A DNA stretch of 64,000 bases from Octopus bimaculoides. Its lineage: Eukaryota. The notes beneath the pieces are model-generated. The model searched no databases, had not been told where the DNA came from, and was given only the letters and a program-made list of their open reading frames with translations. A program made the position numbers and the translations under genes. The DNA is taken from contig NC_068985.1 in NCBI RefSeq assembly GCF_001194135.2, positions 23,286,839 to 23,350,838 of the forward strand, read 5' to 3'. Of this stretch, positions 40,309-53,870 are shown piece by piece; within the stretch, counting starts at the first letter, position 1; each line of letters begins with the position of its first letter.

Positions 40309-40470
40309 GACGGGCTTCTTTTCAGTTTCCATCTACCAAATCCACTCACAAGGCTTTGGTCGGCCTAAGGCTATAGTAGAAGACACTTGCCCAAGGTGCC
40401 ATGCAATGGGACTGAATCTGGAATCATGTGGTTGGGAAGCAAGCTTCTTACCGCACAGCCACTCCTGCGC
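40021..40470 (-). mobile_element. SINE family A, near full length, antisense
   Basis: Reverse complement of the 41303-41717 copy over essentially its whole length. Confidence 0.9.
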
Positions 40471-41302
40471 TTTAGTTTGAAAAAAAATTTATCTCCTCTA
40501 ATTAAACCATAACTCAATGAAATTGTGAACATAACTACAGACTTCCAATGTGACTAGAATACATTCTGATAGCTAGGCTTTTTTTGAAAAAGAGAAAGGA
40601 AAAAAAGCTTGAAACAAAATACATCCATTGAAAACAGTACGACAGATTTTATTTGGATTTGAATAATGGGCTTAGTTCAATATAAAGATCATCTTCAACA
40701 CTGTTTGATATCTATATTTTATTCTGGCATGGGTTGAATGGTGTGACTGGATCCAACTAGCCTGAAAGCTGTGTTGGTCTTTGTCTACTTTGGCACGGTT
40801 TCTATGGTTTGATGCCTTTCCTAACACCTATCACTTTTACAGAGTGTACTCATTGCTTTTATCATGGCACCAACACTACTGGGGTCACCAAGTAACATCC
40901 AAAACATAACCTTTTACACAGTGGGGGTGCTATATTGAAGGAGGTGGCATTGTGCTAGGTATAGAGAGGTAAAAGTAGGAAAGAAGGAAGGACAGGGACA
41001 TGTGTCTTATTGTAGAGGAGACACATAGGTGCCTCAGCAAGAAAGAGAGAAAGAATGCTGGACAATATAATCTTTGATATTCAGTTCAGTATTTTTGAAA
41101 TCTTCTACAATACTTTTTATAAATAAGTATTTTTTTAGCTGGTCACTTCATTACTTTATTTTGGTAAACTTTATGTCTTTAATCCTAAAGCTGCTGAGCA
41201 ATAAATTCTTCCATATGTTATTTTTATCAAATTATGTCTTTTAATCTCCAGTTTTTATGTAATTGTGAACTACTTGAAACTTTTCTAAATAAGAATGATC
41301 AT

Positions 41303-41464
41303 GGCGTAGGAGTGGCTGTGTGGTAAGTAGCTTACTTACCAACCACATGGTCCCGGGTTCAGTCCCACTGTGTGGCATTTTGGGCAAGTGTCTTCTACTA
41401 TAGCCTCGGGCCGACCAAAGCCTTGTGAGTGGATTTGGTAGACGGAAACTGAAAGAAGCCTGTC

Positions 41465-41504
<40 letters not shown>

Positions 41505-41717
41505 TTGTGCGTCTGTGTTTGTCCCCCCAACATCGCTTGACAACCGATGCTGGTGTGTTTACGCCCCCATAACTTAGTGGTTCGGCAAAAGAGACTGATA
41601 GAATAAGTACTAGGCTTCCAAAGAATAAGTCCTGGGGTCGATTTGCTCGACTAAAGGCGGTGCTCCAGCATGGCCACAGTCAAAAAGACTGAAACAAGTA
41701 AAAGAGTAAAAAGAGTA
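41303..41717 (+). mobile_element. SINE family A (tRNA-like head, central (TA)n/(TG)n, ...gactgaaacaagtaaaag 3' end), near full length
   Basis: Head ggcgtaggagtggctgtgtggtaag...gttcagtccc. The same consensus recurs in well over ten copies in the window. Confidence 0.9.
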
Positions 41718-42239
41718 TGGCTGAAACTTTAATTTCCTGGCTAGGTTTTATTATGGGATCAATAATAATTATCAATCATGCATTGTAAAGGTTTCCATGT
41801 AGCTATTTTATTCGTAAATGGAGTTTAAAAAAAAATGAATAGATTAATACTTGAATATGTTGCTTAGTACCTAAGCTGTGTATAATATTAATGCCATTTT
41901 AAGATCATTTAACTATTTCATATATCTCATATCCTGTTTGTATATCATCACCACCGCCAATAAAACTGATTGGTCTGCTTATCTGTTAATCTTACTATAT
42001 CTAGAGATTACTATCCTAATCATAGTTCTATCATTCACCCTAACTATCTCAACTATGTAAAATAATTATTCCAGTGAGGGTATATCCAACTCTGTTACCA
42101 AACTTAGCTACCCAACAGTATTTCCATTTATGCTTCTCTCCTGTGACCAGCCTGACTAATCTTACTACACGTTTTATTTTTTTATTGCAAATATTGACTT
42201 ATGTTCTAACATCTCTCCTACCTTTTCAACTCGACTTTT

Positions 42240-43497
42240 TATTGGGTTGGAACAAAAATTTGTAGTGATTTTTTAATAGGTGGTGTTTAAACATATAATT
42301 TTGTTTCACATGTGATTGAAATATACGACATGTATACATACTCTGATAGGTAACATTTCATGTCTTTCAATAGAATTCATGTGTGGATTGTGAGTTTTAA
42401 ATATTTTTACATTAAAAATGAAGATTGAGGAAAATGAGATGCATTTTCATCATTTGATGCTCTTTTATTTCTAGAAAGGAAAAACACTGAACAAACAGCA
42501 AAAAAGATGTGCCATTTATGGAGATGGTGCCATACCTGAGATTACTGTTTGAAAGTGGTTTGCTTGGTTCAGTAGTGGAAATTTTGATCTGGAAGATTGA
42601 GAATCTTCCAGCAAGTCTGCAGCCATTGATGATGACAAATTATCTAGGTCACACTGTATGGGACATTGCAGAGATACTCTCTATATATCTCATATGAGCA
42701 TTGTAAGGCATTTGAAAACACTTGGATACGTGAATCATTACGATGTTTCAGTATCTCACGATTTAACAAGAAAAATGTTAATGGATTACATTTCCATCCA
42801 CAATTTTCTGTTAAAACACAACAAAAACAACCTGTATTTGAAAAGAACGATAACAGAGATTGGGAAATGAATTGTTTACCACAGTGTGAGTGAAAAAGAT
42901 ACTGAGGAAAATAAAATGAGCACTGTTAACCAGTTCAAAAGCTGGTTGTATCTGAAGAAGGTGATGCTGTGTATCTGGTGGGGTTGGAAAGGCATTGTGT
43001 GTTACAAGTTCCTTCTGCAAAATCAGATGTTGAATTCAGACAGGTATTACCTAATTTGACTGATTAAAGGTAGCAATTGATGAAAAGCAGCCAGGATTGA
43101 CCATTCAGAAGGGTATCATTTTCCGTCAGGATAATACCTGATCTTGCTTCTCTTTGCTGACCCAGCAGAAATTGTTATAGCTTGGCTACCATGTCCTACC
43201 TTACTTATATTCATCTAACCTTGCAACTTTCAATTACTACTTATTTCAACCCCTACACAATTCTCTTAATGAGAAGGGCTTCAATTTACTGGCAGCCTGT
43301 GAAAACCACACAACAGTAAATTACACAGAAAGATGTCAAGTTGTGGGAGGATGAAATAATGAGGGTGTTGCAAAGATGTTGAAAAGTAGTGGAACACAAT
43401 GGCACATGTGTAGATGAATAAATCTAAGTACAAATATCTAAATATTGTCTTTGAATTGCACATAAAAAGCCCTATGGATTTTTGTTCTGAAGTAATA
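42240..43497 (+). mobile_element. Second degenerate mariner (different subfamily)
   Basis: TA-bounded weak TIRs (tattgggttggaacaaaaat... / ...atttttgttctgaagtaata). Remnants RHLKTLGYVNHYDVSVSHDLT, KVMLCIWWGWKGIVCY and IIFRQDN, with many stops. Confidence 0.8.
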
Positions 43498-44289
43498 TTT
43501 TATTTGCCAACCCAAGACAATGACTGAACTCCCTCATTATTATTCACATGCCAGATTCCTTCACAGATGACAAACTATTCTCCCTGTAAATAACTCTGCT
43601 TCACTGCCTCCTAAATTATCACCAGCATGGATTTTGCTTGAATAAGTAATCCCAATGATAAAGAAGGAATATATTTTTGTTCAGAAATGTAAAATTGACA
43701 AATGTGAAATGAATGTAAAAATGCACACCCATGCATATATTTCATCACTCAAATACAAGTAATATAATTGGAAGTTGAGCCTTCTTAGTATCTGTACCTG
43801 AAAGTTGGGGCTAATTATGAAATGCTGTGTAAATAAATCTGGAAGGAGGAATTCCTCTCTTTTTTTTTTTCTGTGACAGTTTTGCATATTTGTTTATTTT
43901 TTTTTGTTCTACTAACCTAGTAAATTTTCTTGTAGACTTTTGTCACATATCTCAGCAGTATTCTAATTCTTCCACATTCTCCTAAGCTTGGAAAAAAAAA
44001 AATAAGGCAGATGTTGTAGGCTTTTGGTTTTGTTTGTTAAATACCACTTTGTGATATAGTGACTTCAGTTAAAGCATTATATATACACACACTTAAATTT
44101 ATAAAGCAAGTATTTAAATATTTGACAGTGAAACCATTTTCTAAATAAACTGTTGCTTCTTCATTGTTATTTGCTTTATGCTGTACCAAACTTCTCTCCT
44201 CTTTCATTCCGTGGTTAGATATTCTAATATAGGAGTTAATAGATGTTTGTATATTGAGTAAATTGTAAAACAGCTGCATTGATTTTCGT

Positions 44290-44770
44290 TTGGTGCAGCT
44301 TTTCTATTTAGCTATATATTGCTTGTTTTCCATTTTGTTTTCGTTTTTTCCTTCTTCTGTCTCCTGCATTTCCTCCTCTTTGTTCTCTTCTACATTCCTT
44401 ATTTTTTTCTCTCTTCCATCTTTTTCCTCCTTTCTTATCTCTACCTCTTTTACCTTCCTTTTTTTCTTTCTTTCTCCTTCCTTCCTTCATTTTTCCATTT
44501 TCTTCCTTCTTTCTGCCTATTTTTCTCTCTTTTCCTTTCTCCTTTTGTCTTCCTTCTCCTGTCTCTTCATCTATCTTCTCCCTATTCTTCTCTTTATTCC
44601 TTTTTTTTTTAATTCTCCTTTCCTTGTCTTCTCTCTTCTGTTATTTCTTCATCCTTTTTCTGCCTCTTTATTTTCCCTTTTTCTTCTTTTCATTTTCCTT
44701 TCCTTCCTTCAGCCTCCTCTTTCTTTTGACTCTATCCAAAGTTCCTTAAAATTTTTTTTCTTGTTAATTT
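44290..44770 (+). repeat. ~480-bp polypyrimidine low-complexity tract
   Basis: Almost exclusively T/C on the + strand. Confidence 0.9.
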
Positions 44771-45651
44771 AACGATTTTAATGTAAATTCCTTCACCTCA
44801 TATCTTTTTTTATTCCTCAAATTATGACCTAAAATCTATTATTCTCTAAACTTTGGTTTATGATAAGAATTTGTGTTTACTCTCATTTGACTGGCATGAA
44901 TATAAAAATGAAACTTCTTAGAATTGTGCTCTTTTTTTTAATATAATGTATTTAAAATTTTTTGAATTTTTATCTGAGTCTTTGCATTAAAAAATAAAGA
45001 AATATCTAAATTAGTATGATACAACAAGCCTTAAATCACCAAACATTTAACCATAAAAAAACCCCTCAAAAAACTTATCATTCAGTCCTTTCATATATTC
45101 TACAGGAAACACCAGGACAAAACTTACTTTTACAAACAATAATTTATTCTAATATTATCAATATTTTCTTGGAGGATTTTTTATCTTGAAATATTCTGTC
45201 CAATAGGATTGACTTTCTTCTGGATTACTAATACATACACATCATATTGTTTTCATAAACACTACTATGTTGAAATTCTTTCATTTTTCCTTCTTTTCCA
45301 TTTTCTTATCTCCTCTTTGATTTGACCCTTGCAATATTCTGATAAATTGTAAAGAATTCATTTTACAAACTTGATTTAAAAGTGAATTGGGAAATTTAAT
45401 CCTTAGTAATTTATTTATTTCAAAAAGAGAAGAAAATACTTTTTAGGCAATTTATTTATTATAAAATTTGCCATAGATTGCCTCTTTGTATCTAATTCCA
45501 GAAAACAACTGGAAAATTGCTGTGAAAGTGCACATTTTTGGTTGTATATCATTAGCAGTAAGTAACAAGTAGGTAAATGGAGTTAAATTTTAAACTTATT
45601 TCATATTTTCATTTGAATAATTTAAGATTATTTGACAGTGAGTACAACGAC

Positions 45652-45693
<42 letters not shown>

Positions 45694-48239
45694 GATTAAT
45701 ATAAAGAAGTTATTTTTAACTAAGTTTTCTCATTTACTCTCCAAGACTAGTAGTACACAGTTACACTGTGCTACTAGCCTTATGTGTTTAAAACCTATTT
45801 TAAACTGCTCATAGTTATGTGCTGGAGGGAAAATATGTATAAACACAAACCTCTGTTTGGAGAGATGTTGCTAGTGTATTGTTAGTTAAGACAAAAATGG
45901 CTGGTCAGAATAGATTAAAATAAAATAGGACTTTATTAAGAATGTTCAGAAGAAATGATATAAAGACCAATTAAGGGTTATGGATTATTTCTTTGATAAC
46001 GAATCGAATGCAGCTTTTAAAAAATGGTTGATAATATTTTGGTTGGCTATTTCACAGATTTGGTAGATGTTAATTCAGGCTGATCTGGTTTATCATATAC
46101 ATAACCATCCTAGCTGAACATAATGTTTGTATAGATATTTGTATAAGATAGGTCAGTCTCTGATAATATTATAGTGGACTTCATTTTTTGAATTGGAGAC
46201 CATTCTTTACAGTTAGTAAGTGGGTCATTCTTAAATCCTTCATCTGAATTCATGTAGTTGTATTTCTTTAAGTTTTCATAATGTTATGATAATCCAGTTA
46301 GGTTTTCCGAGACAGAAAAATTAAATTTTTGAACTTAATTTTGCATATGATTGTACTGAAATCTCATATTTACAAGTAATTTTAGGAAGATTGATGTTAA
46401 ACCTTCCTAAAATAATAAATGATTATGATATATATCTGCCTCTATTGTCATCACCACCACCACCACCACCACCATCATCATCATATTTTTTTAGCATCAA
46501 AAACTTGCCACTACTTAAGGGCTCTTGTCATCTACTTTGTAAGGCTTAGTGTTTTGAGATTATCATTCATTATTTCTGTTCCTACACATTCCTACTATTT
46601 GGATTGCTTGGCACTTCTTTGCCTGACTGTCATCCTTCATATACTTCACATATTTGTACTAGCACAATGCCTTTTGTACCCACCATAACTGATTTTACTG
46701 TGGCTCATCTAATTCTCTCTTTGCTCATTTGTGTTCCACCATTTTATGCATACTAACATTCCACATTCAGCAGAATCCGCTCTCTTCATTTCTTTCTAGC
46801 ATTTGCACATTCTTTGCATCTAGTGTATTTATTCTTTCAGTTTTTGTTTCCCAAATCCACTGTCAAGGGCTTTAGTTGGCCCAGGGCTATAGTAGAAGAC
46901 ACTTGCCCAAGGTGCCATGCAGTGGGCCTGGAGTCAAAACCATGTGGATGAGGTAGCAAACCTCTCAACCACACGACTACATGTTCCTGACAATTGTTTA
47001 TTTGCCTGAGATTATCATTCTTTTTCATGTAGTGGCATTTGCAATTGCTGCTAGATACCAGCTTAATAATCTCTTGAAGCAAAGATAATTTCAATAAATC
47101 AAGAATTTAGTATATCTTTCTTTCATTGTTGTTATTCCAGTGCATGCCACTGGCCTCTCTGGCAGTATTTATTCCAGCTTCTAACAACTGCCAGTTCAGC
47201 TGCACAGAGACACTGAAAAAGGTGGAATATTTAACTGAAGGCAGTTTTCCAACATGTCTTTGATTATGATATATAAAACCACTTAAAGAACTTGACAAAA
47301 TTTTAATAATTAAAATTAAAAATCCAATGTAAAATTATACATGATCTAAACTAATGTAAAAACCAATCAGTACATGCAAACAGGTCCAGACAAACATGCA
47401 TGTGTATGTTTGTTATTATTCTCGAGGCCAGCCTTGATTAAACAGACCTATGATGAGAAGCATTTCAACTAGAATTATCTTGTTTTCAAACATATCCTAT
47501 CTTGGATTTCATAAACCAACATCTCCTTTTTTAAGACAATACAAATATGAAGTAAGGAACAGTCGGGTGCTGTTTCTTAAGGGTTAAACAACCTTACAAA
47601 CAACCTATATTGTGTTGGACTTACTGTTAGAATTCAAAAGCCAGTGGCATTACTAGCTATACACTAATATATATATATAATCATTTGTAGAAATACATAG
47701 CTCTATCTGGAAGAGAAGCACACTCTAAGATGTGGAGCTCGTGGTTTCTGTTAAATAGCTGACCAGTGCAGCACTTCTACATATTTTATGGAAGCCATGG
47801 GTCTTCCATAAATGTGGAACAATTTGTTATATATATATATCACTAATCAGTCCATTATCACTCTTCAGCAATGGCTAGCCACTAAAAACAGTACATTTCT
47901 GTCTGTCTATTATTAACTGCATGGACACTTTTAATGACAAAATAAATTAACACTCTTTTGGTGGATTCTTACTTTTTCTCTGATATGACAATATTTGATG
48001 AAAGTCATCCACCCTTACATTCTGGACTGTTTTACTCAGCACTTCAACTTCTGCAAGACCATCTTGCAAACCATAAAGTGTGTTCTGTGTATTACAGTAC
48101 TCAAGCTCTTCCATATCTCAAACTGCAGCAGATATTTTTGTTTCTTTACTAAAATGATCTCTGCTAACTTTGTAGGATCTTTTTTTTTCTCCACTTCTGA
48201 AATATGTTGCTTCTGTGAGTAATATTCCTGTTGAGTTTT

Positions 48240-48880
48240 CCCCACATTTTCTACCTGTTTTGCATCTAACTCTACACTAAACACCATAACACTCCAAGTG
48301 CAATAGTATCTCTGCTTGTTTAAAACCAACAAGGCAACCAACCGTAACATTGTTTCTTCCTTTACACTCAAACAATGTTTCTTGGAGCTATTCCTTATCT
48401 TTACCAAACTCCTGTCTCTCATTCCCATTACCCATGTAGGGAAACCCCTCTGATCCTGACACCTATTTTCCTATCACTTCCAACATCTCAAAGGTGATAG
48501 TGACAATTCTTAATCAATGATCACCAGAATAGTTTTCATAAAGGCGTACTCTGTTATGTCATTCACCAGTGGGCTTCCATGTTTCAGAAATTTGGTGCAA
48601 ACATTTTGTTGCCCCCAAATTAGCTAAGTTTCAACCTTGTCTGAAACAATCACTTGACAAAACTGTCTGCCATTCATTCTTCTCTTGGATTATTAGCTTC
48701 TGATCAGATCTCATTATTATGGTTTGCTGATGGAGTTCTCTCTGATCTACACTTTATCAAAAGAGCTCTCAGGGTTCTAGTTCGTCTTCACACTGGTTAC
48801 ATGAACAGAGATCTCAAAAACATCAACGGCTCAAAGACATAATCACTGCACATATGAAGAAAACATTATCATAGCTCCCC
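48240..48880 (+). mobile_element. Highly decayed CR1/L2-type RT remnant
   Basis: Degenerate GNPSDPDTYFPITSNISKV (cf. GDPSNPSNYRPISLTS.ISKV) and downstream QGS-like segments. Many frameshifts. Confidence 0.5.
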
Positions 48881-49759
48881 TTCTCCCAATACAAACAGCA
48901 AGTTTATATTGTTAATATATATGTTAAATAAGCCTCACCATCACTGATGATGTCTCCTTCATCACAATCTCAACATAGCCAGGACTGTGTCGCAAAGACT
49001 GTCCTAACTCCTAATGTTTGTGTACAGTATTGCTTCCATATCTAGGATGGTACTGCTGCTATACATGCAGATGTCTTTGAGCCTGCATCCAAAGCTACTT
49101 ATCTTATTGATATGAAGCCACTCATCTACACACCCTACAAAAGTGCTATCTCCTTTCTCTAACTTTTCTAATGTTACTGTAGTAGCCCCTGCTCCTTGGT
49201 GCTGGGTGATCTTGTGCCACTCCCCTTCAAACAGCTCTAACTCTTTCATCATCCATATTGTGTCCACTCACCCCAGGCTCTGCACTAACCACTATGCCTT
49301 ATACATTCTTCCTAAATCATTAACTCTATACTTAAATGCCTTCCATTCATAGATACACTCCATATTGCCCTTCTATGGTTTGGTCAGTTTGATTGCGCTG
49401 AGCCAAATGTTAACTGTTTCTGTAGAATGAGTTAATGTTTTCAGCTGGGATGCCCTTTTGTATAACTATGATTTCTATCTTGAAGTTCCCCACCTTTTAC
49501 CAGATATTACTTGATAGTGTATGATATGAGGTTTAAAACAATTATTTGCAAGTTTCTAATATAGAAGTGTAGCTATTCATAGTGTTATATGCTTAGTAGC
49601 AGGCATAGTTGCTTTGGTCAGCCCGTGGCTACAGTAGAAAACACTTGTTCAAGGTGCCATGCAGTGGGACTGAACCTGGAACCATGTGGTTGGGAAGCAA
49701 GTTTCTTACCACACAACCATGCCTGTGTGGAGACTTTTTTTTGAGCTCCTTTTCTATTG

Positions 49760-50385
49760 AGAAAGGATTGGGAAAGTGTTCAATGTAGACCCTGAGAGAA
49801 GAATAAGACATGGTAAAAGTGACAAGAAGTGAGATCGGTGTGCCTGGATAGAGGGAGTATGCAGCTGAGTAATTCAGAGGAGCTGAGGCTTTTCAGAAAA
49901 AGAGACTACAAGTCTGTGAGCTAGTGGTTTTGGCATGTTAGTGAGTCAATTGGCTGAAGGCCTATTTTTTTAATTATTTTTTTGATTTATTCTTGAATAT
50001 TTGTGTGTGTAGCAACAGCATTGTCTTGGTAACTAATCAAGGCTGAAGTATTTTCTGGCTGTGCAGAGGGAAGAAAATTCATGGAATACATTTTTTATCA
50101 AGGATTTATATGTTGTCATGAAAGATTGTCAGAAACTGTGAGGTCCAGCATTTGTAATGATTTTAAAATGTTTGTGTGTTGTAAAGGGATTGGGGTTTAA
50201 GACTGTTCTTGGGAGTGGGACACTCAGTGATTTTGTCTTTGTGTTGTTGAAGGCGACTAAATTGTCATGTTCTCATTGAAGAATGTTTTCGAGGTCAGAT
50301 ATTCACGAAGTCTAGTGTGAGGTGTCTAGGCTGCATGTGGATGACAGCTTGTGTGCAGATGGTTAAGAGTAGTATCAGCTACATG
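49760..50385 (-). mobile_element. Highly decayed CR1/L2-type LINE 3' region
   Basis: Minus strand begins SHVADTTL (cf. SYADDTTL) and later reads KPLAHR (cf. PLAHRR). Confidence 0.4.
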
Positions 50386-50435
<50 letters not shown>

Positions 50436-50727
50436 AAGCTTGAAGTAACAAAAAGTAAGTAAAATGTAGGAGACTAACGGAATTTTGAGGTTGTGTTGGT
50501 GAGAATTTTATTTTGCAACCTTTTAGTTTTGGGTTCAGTCCTATTCTTTGATACTTTGAACATGTTTTCTACAGTAGCCTTAAGGTGAAAGTAAAATTTG
50601 TTACACACAAACTACAAAAGCACATCGTACACACATACATACACACACTAGGTACATTCTAATAAGCTATTTAAAATATGAATTGATAAGTATTGCCTGA
50701 GCTGGAAAAAGGTCTGATCTTTTTTAA

Positions 50728-51265
50728 AACGGGGGCCATATTTTTCATTAACGAAACACTTTGAAACTTGGAACACTGGTAGAATGTGTCATATAAAACA
50801 TCTTTTTCTCTTAGTCTTCTTAAAAAAAAAGAAGAAATCCATAAGTTATTCCATGTTAAAGTCGTCGTATTTCTGTAATTTCAACCAATCACTGACGTCC
50901 ATTCAGCCGATATACATTAAGTGCCGACTACATAAACAAACGATTCTGAAACAATTAACCCTAACCCTAACCTTAGGGTTAGGGTTAAAGCAAATTTAAA
51001 ATGAAAAAAGCAAATAAAACGAAGGTATGGAGATTAAATACGCTTTACATCGCTTAATCAGCCAAAGGAGTAAATGTAAACAACTGAATACTTGTCAGTG
51101 ATTGGTTGAAATTATCGAAATAAGACAATTTTTTACATGAAATAAATTCGAATACAAAAATATTTTTCTGTTCTATAACACAAAATAGATAAGTATATGA
51201 AGTTTGAAAGTCTTTCCGTACCAAAAACACTATGTAAAACATTAATGAAAAATGTGGCCCCCGTT
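50728..51265. mobile_element. TTAA-flanked MITE (538 bp; Kolobok- or piggyBac-like, superfamily uncertain)
   Basis: 24-bp TIRs aacgggggcca(t/c)atttttcattaa with 1 mismatch and TTAA on both sides. Internal inverted pair ttcaaccaatcactgac / gtcagtgattggttgaa. Confidence 0.8.
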
Positions 51266-52180
51266 TTAAAATAGATCCAAAAGGTCTTACATCTACGTGT
51301 TATATCTGTGTATGTTGAAGAGAAAAATCATGTTGCATTGTTTCATAAAAAAATGCTACGTCATAATCATCACAATCATTTTAATGTCGGTTTGGCAAAA
51401 GAAACCGATAGAATAAGTGCCAGGCTTATAAAAAAAGATGTGTACTAGGTTTGACACATTCAACTAAAAATTCTTCAAGGCTGTTCCCCAGCATGGCTGC
51501 AGTCAAATGACTGAAACAAGTAAAAGATAAAAGAAGCTGTTCAGAAAGTACCACAGGCTGCAGTTAGCTCATGATTGGCTTAAAGAGAAAGTTCTTCACA
51601 CTTGGTTTACACTCTACATGTGTGTGGTGGTGCGATTGTAGAGTGAGGAAGTCTTTGTATACATTTCACAAAACCAGTTTCAATGTAGATTTGGAACCAA
51701 AGTGAGCAGCAAATGTAGTCTTTTCAAATGACATCCTACTTACAGAATCATCTTGGCTATGAAATGTCAGGCTGAAATGGTCTGCAAAGCTGGTTGTGAT
51801 CCTCTTTGTCAGGGACAAAAAGTTCTGTTGCAGTTTTGCAGATGAGAGAGTTTTCAGGCTGATGTTTGTCTTGCAGGCATTGCAGTGGTGACTAAAAATT
51901 TCCCATATGATGATGATGATGATGATGGCGGTGGTGGTGGTTGTACATGATTCCCTTCAGGTATAATAGGCAGTGTTCTTCATCTGTACTGCTATAGTAA
52001 GACTGTAAGTAATCCTTTTGGGATTTTGTGAGGCATATGAAGGGATTTAACTCTTAGAATGGTATTGGTCACTCAGTTGTTCCCGTTTGAGAGAGGGGGA
52101 TCAAAATGGTTATGAACAATAGTAAGCATAGAGAGCTGGTTTTAAGTGTCATTTTCATATCTGAGATTGTAATTCTATTC

Positions 52181-52570
52181 TTTCTTTTATTCTTTTATTC
52201 GTTTCAGTCATTTTGACTGCGGCCATGCTGGAGCACCGCCTTTAGTTGAGCAAATTGACCCCAGAACTTATTCTTTGTAAGCCTAATACTTATGTTATCG
52301 GTCTCTTATGCTGAACCGCTAAGCTACAGAGACGTAAACACACCAGCATCGATGTCAAGCGATGTTGGGGGGGGGGGGCACAATCATATACACACACATA
52401 CATATACAACAGGCTTCTTTCAGTTTCCGTCTACCAAATCCACTCACAAGACTTTGGTCGACCTGAGGCTATAGTAGAAGACACTTGCCCAAGGTCCCAC
52501 ACAGTAGGACTGAACCTGGAACCATGTGGTTGGTTAGCAAGCTACTTACCACACAACCACTCCTGCACCT
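52181..52570 (-). mobile_element. SINE family A, antisense; head region tandemly duplicated to ~52778
   Basis: Consensus match. A second copy of the head plus flanking sequence follows directly. Confidence 0.88.
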
Positions 52571-53539
52571 GTAAGGTGAGATTTTAGATAAAATCCACTC
52601 ACAAGGCTTTGATCAGCCCAAATCCACTCACAAGGCTTTGGTTGGCCCAAGACTATAGTAGAAGACACTTGCTCAAGGTGCCACGCAGTGGGACTGAACC
52701 TGGAACCATGTGGTTGGTTAGCAAGCTACTTACCACACAGCCACTTCTGCGCCTGTAAGGTAAGATTTTAGATAAAATTGACTGCTATTTATAGTAAATT
52801 GAGTGACCACATCTTTATTGACTTATATAGTCAAAGATGTTTAGAATGCTGGTCTGTCAATCAGTGATATTAGTAAATGAGTATACTGTCTAGTGCAGAT
52901 TGTTTAGTACGATAAAGAATTTAGTCTTTGTCACCATTAGAAGTATTGGTCATTGTATTGAAATCTTTGGGGATGATACCTTCAGAGAGTTGAATCAACT
53001 AAGAAACTGCATTGTGGTCATTCAAAAGCTAGAAATTGCAGTCAAATCTTCCTCAAAACATATCCTATTTCTTTCAAAACCCTAAATGCACCTTAATACT
53101 ATTTTTACTCCCGAAAGTTGGGTGATCATGATTAGAAAATTTTTTTATAAATCTGCTGAAGCAGAGCTGATCTGGGACTAAACCAGAGCTGATCTGGGAC
53201 TAAACCATAAAGACATTTGAAAGAAGTGAGATAGGTGAACTAAGATTATTATTTGGAATGTTGAGTGTTAATATTTCATTGTGTGAGTGTGTGTGCATCA
53301 GTACCCATAATTTGGCAGAATTGGTAGAACATTGAATAAAATATTCTATGGTTTTTAGCTGTGTACCTTTATGTTATGAATTCCAATCATGTCAAGATCA
53401 GCTTTGTCTTTTAGGCGTTTGAAGTTGATAAAAAATAAGTACCAGTTAAATATCAGAATTGGTGCGATTGATTGTTCCCCACCCCCACATACTTGTGGCC
53501 TTGTGCCTAAGAAGTCACTATTATTACTCTCTGCAGCCT

Positions 53540-53721
53540 CCCCAAATTGTGCATCCCTGTTCCCTCATCTTCTCCAATCTTTATAGATGTTGCTTACTTC
53601 CTTCTCCCGCTTCCCCATACACTCTTGAAAGCCTCCACTCTCCCCACCAACTTCTACCCCTGCTAGCTGAAGTGCCACTTGGACATCACCACTGTCTGTC
53701 TCCTTGGAGATACCTCTAATC

Positions 53722-53809
<88 letters not shown>

Positions 53810-53870
53810 TGTGAATAGTCATGTAGCTTCTCTCTCCAACCTCATACCTTAATCCTCATCTAACATACGG
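53540..53870 (-). mobile_element. Probable RTE endonuclease-region remnant containing a (CT)n expansion
   Basis: Purine-rich minus strand with weak similarity to the RTE APE N-terminus, followed by an RTE-tail element. Confidence 0.3.

Noticed and set aside
44290-44772. 160-aa F/L/S-rich ORF resembling a membrane protein
   Set aside because: It is a by-product of the polypyrimidine tract, with no splice or family support.
53162-53205. 22-bp perfect tandem duplication (cagagctgatctgggactaaac x2); a similar small duplication lies at ~39777-39822
   Set aside because: Ordinary slippage duplication with no sign of function.
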